Shown: positions 46,933-54,523 of the stretch, piece after piece
Position numbering within the stretch: position 1 is the first letter of the stretch
Layout: every line of letters begins with the position of its first letter
Virus record (IMG/VR): IMGVR_UViG_3300044641_010325
Span: 1-54,523 of that record
Reading direction: 5' to 3' (one strand)
Source of the DNA: a virus
Lineage: Duplodnaviria > Caudoviricetes
Length of the DNA stretch: 54,523 nt
Notes under the pieces: generated by a model
What the model saw: the letters and a program-made list of their open reading frames with translations, nothing else
Told to the model about the DNA's origin: nothing
Database searches by the model: none
Position numbers and translations under genes: made by a program

Positions 46933-47898
46933 CTATTGCGCCTTGGACGATATAGACCTAAATGGGTTGGCATTAGGGATGTAAACATCAAGATGTTTTG
47001 ACAACCAGTCTAACTGGTCCTGCAAATGAGGGGCGCTACGTATTTGCATTGAGAAGACATGCTCTCTGAAAGTGCGCGGGATAAGTCCAATGCCACCATA
47101 GCCATTAGGAATAGGGAAGTTCAAGCTGGGACCCTTGAAGAAAACCACGGAGTGCCTGTCCGAATCATCAACTGAGACTCGATGCATCGTGGCCTTAATG
47201 GTTCCCGCTGAAACTACTTCAAACATGTCCCCTGGGATGATGACTGAATGCAAGGGTTTCCATTCAACAGCTATCCATTCTCCTGTTGGCGTTTGCACTT
47301 CGAGCCCTGGTCCATCCGCAATTACTATCGTCAGCAGCTCATAGTCGGTATGCTCTTTGCTTACAAGATTTCGACCCAATGTTGAGTATTTCAAAAAGCG
47401 CGCTAATCCGTATGAAGACATTGCTGCAGGGAACTTGCAGTAATCGGAGTTATCAAATTGCATTTGCATATGCGCGACTACGCTTTCGCAAAGAAATGTC
47501 GCATACTCATTCAGTCGAGATGAAACATGGAGATATTGCTCTGTTGATATTTCGCAAGCCTGGAGCTTTGGGTTATCCAAAAATGGCATGTTGCCAAGTA
47601 GTTCTGTGCATGCAGTTGGAACCACATCGAACGAAGAATACCCTCGGGGCCGCTTAAGTGATTTTATCCAATGTGGCATTTCTATGCCGGAGCAACGCAA
47701 TGATTCGATCTCGTGTTCTGAAGGCATGTACCCTGGAATACCAAGAACCGGAGACACCAAGCAACTAGACCTATCCATTGCAGACAACGAGTGAAAGCGC
47801 ACACACATGTCCAATGCATAATCGCACAGATGCGGTTCAATTTTCTGAAGCGCATATCCTTTCTGAGCGATGCAGCTCATGATTCCTGGTGCATCCAC
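46933..47898 (-). CDS. 2OG-Fe(II) oxygenase (IPNS/ethylene-forming-enzyme-like fold)
   Basis: HTD (EHTDYELLTI), GLEVQ...GEWI, GDMFE.VSAG..KATMHRV, RHS 2OG-binding motif. Confidence 0.88.
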   Translation of the reverse strand: MDAPGIMSCIAQKGYALQKIEPHLCDYALDMCVRFHSLSAMDRSSCLVSPVLGIPGYMPSEHEIESLRCSGIEMPHWIKSLKRPRGYSSFDVVPTACTELLGNMPFLDNPKLQACEISTEQYLHVSSRLNEYATFLCESVVAHMQMQFDNSDYCKFPAAMSSYGLARFLKYSTLGRNLVSKEHTDYELLTIVIADGPGLEVQTPTGEWIAVEWKPLHSVIIPGDMFEVVSAGTIKATMHRVSVDDSDRHSVVFFKGPSLNFPIPNGYGGIGLIPRTFREHVFSMQIRSAPHLQDQLDWLSKHLDVYIPNANPFRSISSKAQ

Positions 47899-47913
47899 GT
47901 CGCCACCCAGTGC

Positions 47914-49146
47914 CTATTCAATCAGCCCACACACTGTGTCAGGTTGACCATGAACTTTAGTTCCTTTTCGGTACTGCGCGCGGACCCCGACCAACCCTAG
48001 CGGGCCATAAAAACTTGAGAACTTGGCACTCATCCTCCCCTTGCCTAGCGCTCCGGATCGTCCGTCAAAGAAGTCGACATCTGCCTTCCTACCAATAGAT
48101 GGCTGAATGACCCAAGGCCGGTTTCTCTTTACATCATGTAAGGCGCGCTCTATTAATTCCGCAGAATCACTTCCGTGCAGCGCGTAAACGGCACGGCTAC
48201 CCCAGTTGAGAGATGTATCTGAGCCCGCGTACTTTAGATAGTACCGGCGATCCTTTGGAGACCTCCCCAGGAACTGCTTGACTGAGCACCATTTTCCATC
48301 TACATCACGAAAACCAGATTCATGCAGCGGGTATGTGTAGACGAGGGCGTTTCGAATAGAGTCTGAAAATCTATGCCTTGTTGCATCCATGAACGGAAGC
48401 GTAAGAATAACTTTCTGATCAAATATCATGATGGGTGGCAAGTCAAATCGGCATAGCCCTTTAGCAGCTCTATCGAGTCGAGTCCAGAATAAATTCTCTG
48501 CAACCAGCCCCTGAACTGAGTGACTCCTAATTAGTTGAGCATCCAGACTCCGCAATCCAGGGGAGTGTCCGACGTACTTAACTCGAGACTGAGTAAGCCG
48601 CATTAGCAATCGCATCGAGCTTGGGTTCGAAGAGTTGTCCAAGAGATGCAAGACGGTAGGCGTGCCATTTCCAGCGGCAGCGCATATGTTATTCGTGAGC
48701 ATCTGGATATAAGCTTCGCATTTTGAATCGTCCGTAACCCCGATTAGCTCATAGACTCTCGCGAGTAGTGGTAAATCCCCCCAGCCTGAGCCAGGGCATT
48801 GGATTTCATAGATCTCTCCACTTACTGCCTCGTCTGTGCGATAAAACCTAGGCACATGCCATGCGCACTCCGGCAACAAATTGTAAAACTCTAGCCCGAA
48901 CTGCTTAATCGAATCATTCAAGAGATAAGGGAGAATATCTTGAAATCTACCCTCTACCACCGCTTCGCGAAAGAGAGCCAAGGCATCGGTCAGAAACTCG
49001 TTGATTACTTGATTTCGTGATTTACGCAACGACATCTCATCGCTTCTTATATGCGCAATATCACGTAAGAGAAATTGATCGAAGACGTCTGGTAGCGCCT
49101 GGGCCTCCCCCAATATTTGTTCAACAACACCAGCTTGAATTCTCAT
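47914..49146 (-). CDS. ATP-grasp-like amide ligase (glutathionylspermidine synthase/circularly permuted ATP-grasp-like)
   Basis: RTD...YEIQCPGSGWG, YYLKYAG...WGSRAVY, WVIQP. Confidence 0.55.
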   Translation of the reverse strand: MRIQAGVVEQILGEAQALPDVFDQFLLRDIAHIRSDEMSLRKSRNQVINEFLTDALALFREAVVEGRFQDILPYLLNDSIKQFGLEFYNLLPECAWHVPRFYRTDEAVSGEIYEIQCPGSGWGDLPLLARVYELIGVTDDSKCEAYIQMLTNNICAAAGNGTPTVLHLLDNSSNPSSMRLLMRLTQSRVKYVGHSPGLRSLDAQLIRSHSVQGLVAENLFWTRLDRAAKGLCRFDLPPIMIFDQKVILTLPFMDATRHRFSDSIRNALVYTYPLHESGFRDVDGKWCSVKQFLGRSPKDRRYYLKYAGSDTSLNWGSRAVYALHGSDSAELIERALHDVKRNRPWVIQPSIGRKADVDFFDGRSGALGKGRMSAKFSSFYGPLGLVGVRAQYRKGTKVHGQPDTVCGLIE

Positions 49147-49154
49147 GAGGATGC

Positions 49155-50648
49155 CTATGAATTCAGCACGCTTAAGCCAGGCGTATTTACGGCAGGAATT
49201 GAATCAGCTTCAACCTCAAAAGAAGCGGTCGCATATGAGCAGTAGTCTGCTGAAAGGTATCCGGCGGGCCTGTAGTTTCCGCTGTGCTTCACTCCCCCAA
49301 AAGGAGCGAAAGTGGTGGCGCCAGTAAGTTGCTGATTCCAGTTGATAATCCCGGCCTTTACACGCGATGAAAACGTGTGATATTTCTCGTATTCACGTGT
49401 GACAATTCCAGCGGCGAGCCCAAATTTTGTAGACGCAGCAGCGCGAATTCCGGCCTCAAATGTATCGTAGAACTCAAGCTGTAAAATTGGTCCAAATAAC
49501 TCCTCGTCTATTTTGCTAGTGCACTGACTTACATCGATCAGGCCTGGACTCAACATTGTCCCGTAAGGCCCAGAAAGAGTCGGCCTCTGAAGATAAACAG
49601 CCCCTCCTTCCTCTAACTTTTGTGCAAATTCCAATGCTCGCCTTGCCGTGCCAGGTCGAATCATGGGGCCATAGAAAGGCTCAGGGTCTTCCTTGTAGTG
49701 ACCGATTCGCACCTTAGGCAAAACACTCGCGATCTGAATAGCAAGATCGGCATGCTTATTGTTTATGAGAAGCCGCCGCGCTGCTGAGCAACGTTGTCCT
49801 GAACTAATGAAAGCCGAGTGTATTATTACGCTTAGGACGGATCGAAGGTCTTTCTCATCGAAGTCTTCGATAAGCAACGGGCTGTTTCCACCCATTTCTA
49901 CTGCTACAATCTTCTCTGGGTTTGCGGCAGTACTTTCAAGAATGGACATTCCTGCGGAGTGACTGCCAACAAAGAAAACACCGTCAACGTCGCGACTCTG
50001 AATCAGCATGCTGCCGACATCGCTGCCGCCAGTCACGCAACTCATCACACCAGGTGGAAGCCCTGCCTCGCTCCAAAGCTGGGCAACGGCCATTCCACAT
50101 AACGACGTCAATTCACTCGGTTTGAATACCACGGAGTTTCCGGCAATTAGCGCCGGCATGATGTGTCCATTTGCCATGCTGAGCGGGAAATTGTAGGGGC
50201 CTAGCACGACCACCAAGCCATGCGGCCGAAAACGCGTTCGCGATTGAAGTCCATTCACAGTTCGGCCACTTTCGGCACAACGTTTAGAATAGGCATCAAC
50301 ACTAGCTTCAAGCTTGGTGATCAGGCTGTTCACCTCTATCCTAGATTCCCATAAAGGTTTTCCAGCTTCTGTTGCAACTAACCTTGCAAGCTTTTCCTTA
50401 TCTCGCTGTACCAATTTCGTAAAATTCGTGGCAACTTCGATCCGTTTATCCAGACTTCGGCTACTCCATGACTCAAATGCTGCTTTGGATTCACAAATAG
50501 CTGATCTGATAATGTCAGCTGTTGGCGCCGAACTTGACCACAGCATCTCGCCTGTGTAGGGATCGACCGATTGGATATCGGTACCTGGTCCATAATTGAT
50601 TTTCTCGGCAGCTATGTACGCTGATGGCGATGAAGAATGCTCGCTCAT
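49155..50648 (-). CDS. Aldehyde dehydrogenase, succinylglutamate-semialdehyde dehydrogenase (AstD)-like
   Basis: FRPHG.VVVLGPYNFP, VVFKPSELT, EMGGN, SAFISSGQRCS, EELFGP, APFGG...SGNYRP...ADYC. Confidence 0.9.
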   Translation of the reverse strand: MSEHSSSPSAYIAAEKINYGPGTDIQSVDPYTGEMLWSSSAPTADIIRSAICESKAAFESWSSRSLDKRIEVATNFTKLVQRDKEKLARLVATEAGKPLWESRIEVNSLITKLEASVDAYSKRCAESGRTVNGLQSRTRFRPHGLVVVLGPYNFPLSMANGHIMPALIAGNSVVFKPSELTSLCGMAVAQLWSEAGLPPGVMSCVTGGSDVGSMLIQSRDVDGVFFVGSHSAGMSILESTAANPEKIVAVEMGGNSPLLIEDFDEKDLRSVLSVIIHSAFISSGQRCSAARRLLINNKHADLAIQIASVLPKVRIGHYKEDPEPFYGPMIRPGTARRALEFAQKLEEGGAVYLQRPTLSGPYGTMLSPGLIDVSQCTSKIDEELFGPILQLEFYDTFEAGIRAAASTKFGLAAGIVTREYEKYHTFSSRVKAGIINWNQQLTGATTFAPFGGVKHSGNYRPAGYLSADYCSYATASFEVEADSIPAVNTPGLSVLNS

Positions 50649-50687
50649 GCTTTTCTCGTTGACCTGATCAGAATAAGAAATTGCGTT

Positions 50688-51644
50688 CTATTTTGCTTCG
50701 TTTGAGTGCGATCTATGTTCTTTCGGAGCTAGATTTGTTGATGGCCTGTCGATACCATCATCCTTTGATGATGTAACTCGCAATATGCCTGCTTGGTCGG
50801 ATTTTTGCAGCTTGACGTTTGCTGCTTCGCTTCTTTCAGTTCCTGCGATTTGTTGCCATTTACCCAAGGGGTTGTATCCGGCAGCGGAGCCTGCAACTCC
50901 AAACGCACTTAGTACCACAAACACTAGGCTTGCAATTGTTAGCCGAACGCCAATAGTTATGCTCTTCCGCCCTTGATCCGTGTTGTGTGCCATTCCGTAT
51001 GCTTGGCGCAGAGTGTCCGAAATTGCATTTTGAAGCGAATAGTCGTGGAACGCTTGCTCGTACTTTTGCCAACTTTTGAAGGTTAGGATTCCACTCAACG
51101 CGCGCAGGTTCGGCGTTGCGCCACCCCTGCCTGATGATCCTTGAGGTATAACTTGCACCAGCGAGTAGAACAGACTTAGTGCGGATAGCACTAGCGCCAT
51201 GCTGATGAGTATTGTCGCGAGCACATCTTGAAGGCATTCTTTAAAGAGGAAGCCAATCGCAGCGAGGAGAAGGCTGTTTGTCGTAATCAGTGACAATGCC
51301 TTTGCGTCTGTCCAAGAGTAGAGTCGGTACTGCTTATCCAGCAAATCAAGAACGAATTCCTTGAACCAAATTTCGGAATTTGTGGCAGCATGCGTGCCTG
51401 AGGAATCAGCCGCGTCTATGTTTAAGGCGGGCGAAGTCTCCCCTTCAACGAGAGGATGCGTCGCTATCGAGATCTGTTCAGATTGATTGGAAACGGAGGA
51501 GTCAAGCTGCTGCGCTTGCGCAGTAGTCGCGACTCCGACTTGGAGCGGAGCATTTCCAATCGCTTGACTTATAGACTCGGCGGGGCTGACGTCGGGCACA
51601 CCCTCGTCGGGACTTGAATTAATCTTTTCCGTCGAGCCTTCCAT
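50688..51644 (-). CDS. Pycsar-effector-like (PycTM/DUF5706-like) membrane protein with a disordered N-terminus
   Basis: WTDAKALSLITTNSLLL (TM1), SLFYSLVQVIPQ (TM2), Y...F...ISDTLRQAYGMA...K, TM3; G-rich RBS before ATG 51644. Confidence 0.7.
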   Translation of the reverse strand: MEGSTEKINSSPDEGVPDVSPAESISQAIGNAPLQVGVATTAQAQQLDSSVSNQSEQISIATHPLVEGETSPALNIDAADSSGTHAATNSEIWFKEFVLDLLDKQYRLYSWTDAKALSLITTNSLLLAAIGFLFKECLQDVLATILISMALVLSALSLFYSLVQVIPQGSSGRGGATPNLRALSGILTFKSWQKYEQAFHDYSLQNAISDTLRQAYGMAHNTDQGRKSITIGVRLTIASLVFVVLSAFGVAGSAAGYNPLGKWQQIAGTERSEAANVKLQKSDQAGILRVTSSKDDGIDRPSTNLAPKEHRSHSNEAK

Positions 51645-52054
51645 GCTCACCCCCCCCAGGGAGTTGGTAAGAAAATCCTTTACAAATAGCTGCGCACTCA
51701 ACTTCCTTGAATATGATGACCGCCAGCCAGAATATCGAGCAGGTTGCTGCAGCCCCCACAACGGGGAAGCACCGCTTGTTAGTGCGCCCCGGATATGCTC
51801 CAGACCGAGTTTACATCAGCTTCAGCGTCTGTTGTCAACCAGGTGGTCGCACGGATCTATGACTTCTGCGTCGCCGGGCCTGATTGGCAATGTCGGGTTC
51901 AATCCAGCCGATGTCGGCGGTCGGCATTCGTCTCAACGATACCCACAAAAGGGCTATACCGGTCTGGCAAGCCTACGTTCTACTCTACGCTGCGATACAG
52001 CATCGTGATGGCACTGAGACACTTTCCGCTGGTTTGATATTCCAGCGAACTCCC

Positions 52055-52264
52055 GTGACGCCTTCCAACCTCCACGACCCGGCCCGCATGACGGCGTCAC
52101 AGCGGCGCACAGAGGCCGCCGTGCTACTCGCCTTGGGCCTGTACCGCCTACGTGACGGTAATGCGCACGGCGACACCGACGGCGCAGCCTCTCCGGTCTG
52201 TCTTGGCTTTGACGCGGCTCAGCGCGTCTATGTGGACCCCACCAACCGGAGTCCACAGGCATGA
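52055..52264 (+). CDS. Small hypothetical protein upstream of DUF2924
   Basis: PARMTASQRRTEAAVLLALGLYRLR; ATGA overlap with DUF2924; start uncertain. Confidence 0.45.
   Translation: MTPSNLHDPARMTASQRRTEAAVLLALGLYRLRDGNAHGDTDGAASPVCLGFDAAQRVYVDPTNRSPQA
52200..52232 (+). promoter_or_regulatory. 33-bp repeated motif, copy 9
   Basis: GTCTTGGCTTTGACGCGGCTCAGCGCGTCTATG, 28 nt before ATG 52261. Confidence 0.6.
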
Positions 52265-52731
52265 CCCATCCTTTCCCTCCCACCGCGGCGACCGCATCGA
52301 TGGCCGCTCGCATCGCGAGCTTGGCCGACTGGCCGTGGAGCGACCTCGCGAAGGAATGGCATCGGCTATTCAGCGTTGACCCGCCCGTCTCTAATCGGCG
52401 CTTCGTCGAAAAGCGCATCGCACACCGCTGGCAGGAAATCGAGTTCGCCAAAACGAATCGCGCCCTCCTTGATCGTAACCGTCGACGCATCGACGAGTTG
52501 GTCGCAACCGGAACGTTGACGCGACATCGGGTCGGCGCGGTGCCGGTCGCCGGTACCGAGCTGGTGCGTCTCTACGCTGGCGTCGAGCATCGCGTGCATG
52601 TCCTCGCCGACGGCGAGTTCGAGTACGCGGGCACCCGCTACCGGAGTCTGTCGATGATCGCCCGGAAGATCACGGGTACGCAGTGGTCCGGGCCTTTGTT
52701 CTTCGGCTTGCGCAAGGGAGGCCGTCGATGA
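52261..52731 (+). CDS. DUF2924-family protein
   Basis: LAKEWHRLF...RIAHRWQE, GTELVRLY.GVEH.V, FEYAGTRYRSLSMIARKITGTQWSGPLFFGL. Confidence 0.9.
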   Translation: MTHPFPPTAATASMAARIASLADWPWSDLAKEWHRLFSVDPPVSNRRFVEKRIAHRWQEIEFAKTNRALLDRNRRRIDELVATGTLTRHRVGAVPVAGTELVRLYAGVEHRVHVLADGEFEYAGTRYRSLSMIARKITGTQWSGPLFFGLRKGGRR

Positions 52732-54071
52732 GCGCCATTGCCCCCAAGCGCCTCCGCTGCGCGGTCTATACGCGCAAGTCGACGGAGGAGGGACTGGATC
52801 AGGAGTACACCTCCATCGATGCGCAGCGCGACGCTGGCGCAGCCTGCATCGCCAGTCGCCGCGCCGAGGGCTGGATTCCGGTCGCCGACGATTACGACGA
52901 CGGCGGCTTCTCGGGCGGCACCTTGGATCGCCCCGCCCTGCGACGATTGATCGCCGACATCGAAGCCGGTCAGATCGATATCGTCGTCGCTTACAAGATC
53001 GACCGCCTGAGCCGCTCGCTGTTCGACTTTGCCGAACTGGTCAAGGTCTTCGACAAACATGGCGTGACCTTCGTGTCGGTGACGCAGCAGTTCAACACCA
53101 CCGATGCGATGGGCCGGATGCTGCTGAACATCCTCTTGACCTTCGCCCAGTTCGAGCGCGAATTGACTGCCGAGCGCATTCGGGACAAGTTCGTCGCCAG
53201 CAAGAAGAAGGGACTGTGGATGCATGGCATCCCGCCGCTCGGATACGACGTCATCGATCGGCGGCTCTCGATCAATGAAGCCGAGGCCGAACAAGTCCGC
53301 ACGATATTCCGACGCTTTGTCGCGTTGGGGTCGATCCTGAAGGTGGTGCAAGACATCCGCACGCGCGGCTGGTGCAACAAGACGTGGACGACCAAGGCCG
53401 GGCGGACCCTCGCGGGCCAACTCCACGACAAGAGTTCGGTCCACAAGATTCTGCACTGCAGGACCTACCTCGGCGAAATGAAGCACCGCGACCAGTACTT
53501 CGAGAACACGCATGCGGCAATCATTGAGCGCGCCCTGTGGGACGAGGCACACGTGCTCCTGCAGGTCAACGGCCGGGTCCGGGCAGGTGCCTCGCGCCGG
53601 GGCAAGGTGGAGTTCCTGCTGAAGGGCCTGCTGACCGGCCCGGACGGCCGCGCCCTGTCGCCGTGGCACACGACCAAGGCCAACGGCCGCACCTACCGTT
53701 ACTACCTGAGTACGCGCGACACGCACGAGGGGCCGGGTACGTCCGGCCTGCCGCGCCTGCCGGCCGGAGAGTTGGAGGGGGCGGTCGTCGCGCAACTGCG
53801 GCGGGTGTTGCGGGCGCCCGAGATGATCGAGGCGATGATCCCGCAGGCTGTGGCGCTCGACCCGAGCCTGGACGAAGCGCAGGTCACGGTCGCCATGACG
53901 CAGGTCGACCGGGTGTGGGAACAGCTCTTCCCGGCTGAGCAGCAGCGGCTGGTCCGGCTGCTGGTCGAACGGGTCATCGTCTCCCCGACGAACCTGGAAC
54001 TGCGGCTTCGACCCGGCGGGATCGGCACCCTCGCCGCCGACGCCCGCCCGGCGGCCGGGGTGGCGGCATGA
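52728..54071 (+). CDS. Large serine recombinase (probable integrase)
   Basis: RCAVYTRKST catalytic Ser, YDDGGFSGG...RPAL, YKIDRLSRS, FAQFERE, PPLGYD recombinase domain. Confidence 0.95.
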   Translation: MSAIAPKRLRCAVYTRKSTEEGLDQEYTSIDAQRDAGAACIASRRAEGWIPVADDYDDGGFSGGTLDRPALRRLIADIEAGQIDIVVAYKIDRLSRSLFDFAELVKVFDKHGVTFVSVTQQFNTTDAMGRMLLNILLTFAQFERELTAERIRDKFVASKKKGLWMHGIPPLGYDVIDRRLSINEAEAEQVRTIFRRFVALGSILKVVQDIRTRGWCNKTWTTKAGRTLAGQLHDKSSVHKILHCRTYLGEMKHRDQYFENTHAAIIERALWDEAHVLLQVNGRVRAGASRRGKVEFLLKGLLTGPDGRALSPWHTTKANGRTYRYYLSTRDTHEGPGTSGLPRLPAGELEGAVVAQLRRVLRAPEMIEAMIPQAVALDPSLDEAQVTVAMTQVDRVWEQLFPAEQQRLVRLLVERVIVSPTNLELRLRPGGIGTLAADARPAAGVAA

Positions 54072-54523
54072 AAGGGCCGACGCTGGAGGTGTCCGGGCCG
54101 GCGGCCGAGGTGGTCGCCAGCGACGGCGGCGTGACCCTGAACATCCCGATCGCCCTCAGGCGGCGCAGCGGGCGGCGGGTCGTCGTATCCCAAGGCTCTG
54201 GGTTCGAGTCCGGAAGCCGGACTCGAACAGGCGCCACGCCGCTGCAACTGGCCCTGGCCCGCGGCCACCGCTGGCTCCGGATGCTGGAGGCCGGCGAAGC
54301 GGCCTCGATGAGCGAGATCGCCCGGCGCGAGGGGACCGATCACAGCTACGTCGCCCGGCACATCAACCTGACCCTGCTCGCACCGGACATCGTCGCGGCG
54401 ATCCTCGACGAGGAACTGCCGGACGGTGTCCGGCTGCATGCCCTGTCCATCAATCCGCCGGCGCATTGGGAGGAACAACGACAATTGAGGTGGGCGTGGC
54501 GGATCGAAATGGTTCATCTATAG
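54068..54523 (+). CDS. Recombinase-associated HTH protein
   Basis: ATGA overlap; RRRSGRR, ALARGHRW...LEAG...SEIARREG...SYVAR...LTLLAPDIVAAIL. Confidence 0.75.
   Translation: MKGPTLEVSGPAAEVVASDGGVTLNIPIALRRRSGRRVVVSQGSGFESGSRTRTGATPLQLALARGHRWLRMLEAGEAASMSEIARREGTDHSYVARHINLTLLAPDIVAAILDEELPDGVRLHALSINPPAHWEEQRQLRWAWRIEMVHL

Larger units (their letters stand above)
1..54523. mobile_element. Prophage (lambda-like head, non-contractile tail, large serine recombinase); ends not resolved
   Basis: Contiguous replication, packaging, head, tail, lysis and integration modules in phage order; no host housekeeping genes in the window. Confidence 0.95.

Noticed and set aside
46760-46984. 74-aa plus-strand ORF
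   Set aside because: It is the antisense shadow of the IS3 transposase remnant and overlaps the end of the oxygenase gene.
49155-50648. Host arginine succinyltransferase (ast) operon marking the prophage end
   Set aside because: No astA/B/C/E neighbours are present, GC is much lower than the surrounding element, and the phage integration module lies beyond it. It is cargo, so the astD symbol was not assigned.
1-54523. tRNA/rRNA genes and att sites
   Set aside because: None were recognised by eye. The window begins inside a gene and ends at a stop codon, so the attachment sites probably lie outside it.

Overview
The window is a GC-rich temperate siphophage-type prophage, probably near-complete; it starts inside a gene and I found no att sites. 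From left to right it carries: (1) a recombination/replication module (AAA ATPase, SSB-like protein, Cas4-like nuclease, P4-type primase-helicase broken by two frameshifts, RuvC-like resolvase); (2) a lambda-like cos site, two ParB-fused DNA methyltransferases and a truncated C5 methyltransferase followed by a lower-GC orphan gene; (3) a lambda-like head module, a GH108 endolysin and a non-contractile tail module with a -1 frameshift chaperone and an inserted RelE/ParE toxin-antitoxin pair; (4) an array of small genes; (5) two lower-GC cargo blocks; (6) a DUF2924/large serine recombinase integration module. Two things stand out. First, a four-gene minus-strand operon (46933-51644) puts a Pycsar-effector-like membrane protein in front of an AstD-like aldehyde dehydrogenase, an ATP-grasp-like ligase and a 2OG-Fe(II) oxygenase, with no nucleotide cyclase; this is a candidate new small-molecule defence or signalling system. 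Second, a fixed-length 33-bp motif (CTTGGCTTY-N6-GAACAGCGCGTTCATG) occurs nine times, always co-oriented upstream of small accessory genes or the recombinase operon. All family assignments come from recognising motifs by eye, not from database searches.
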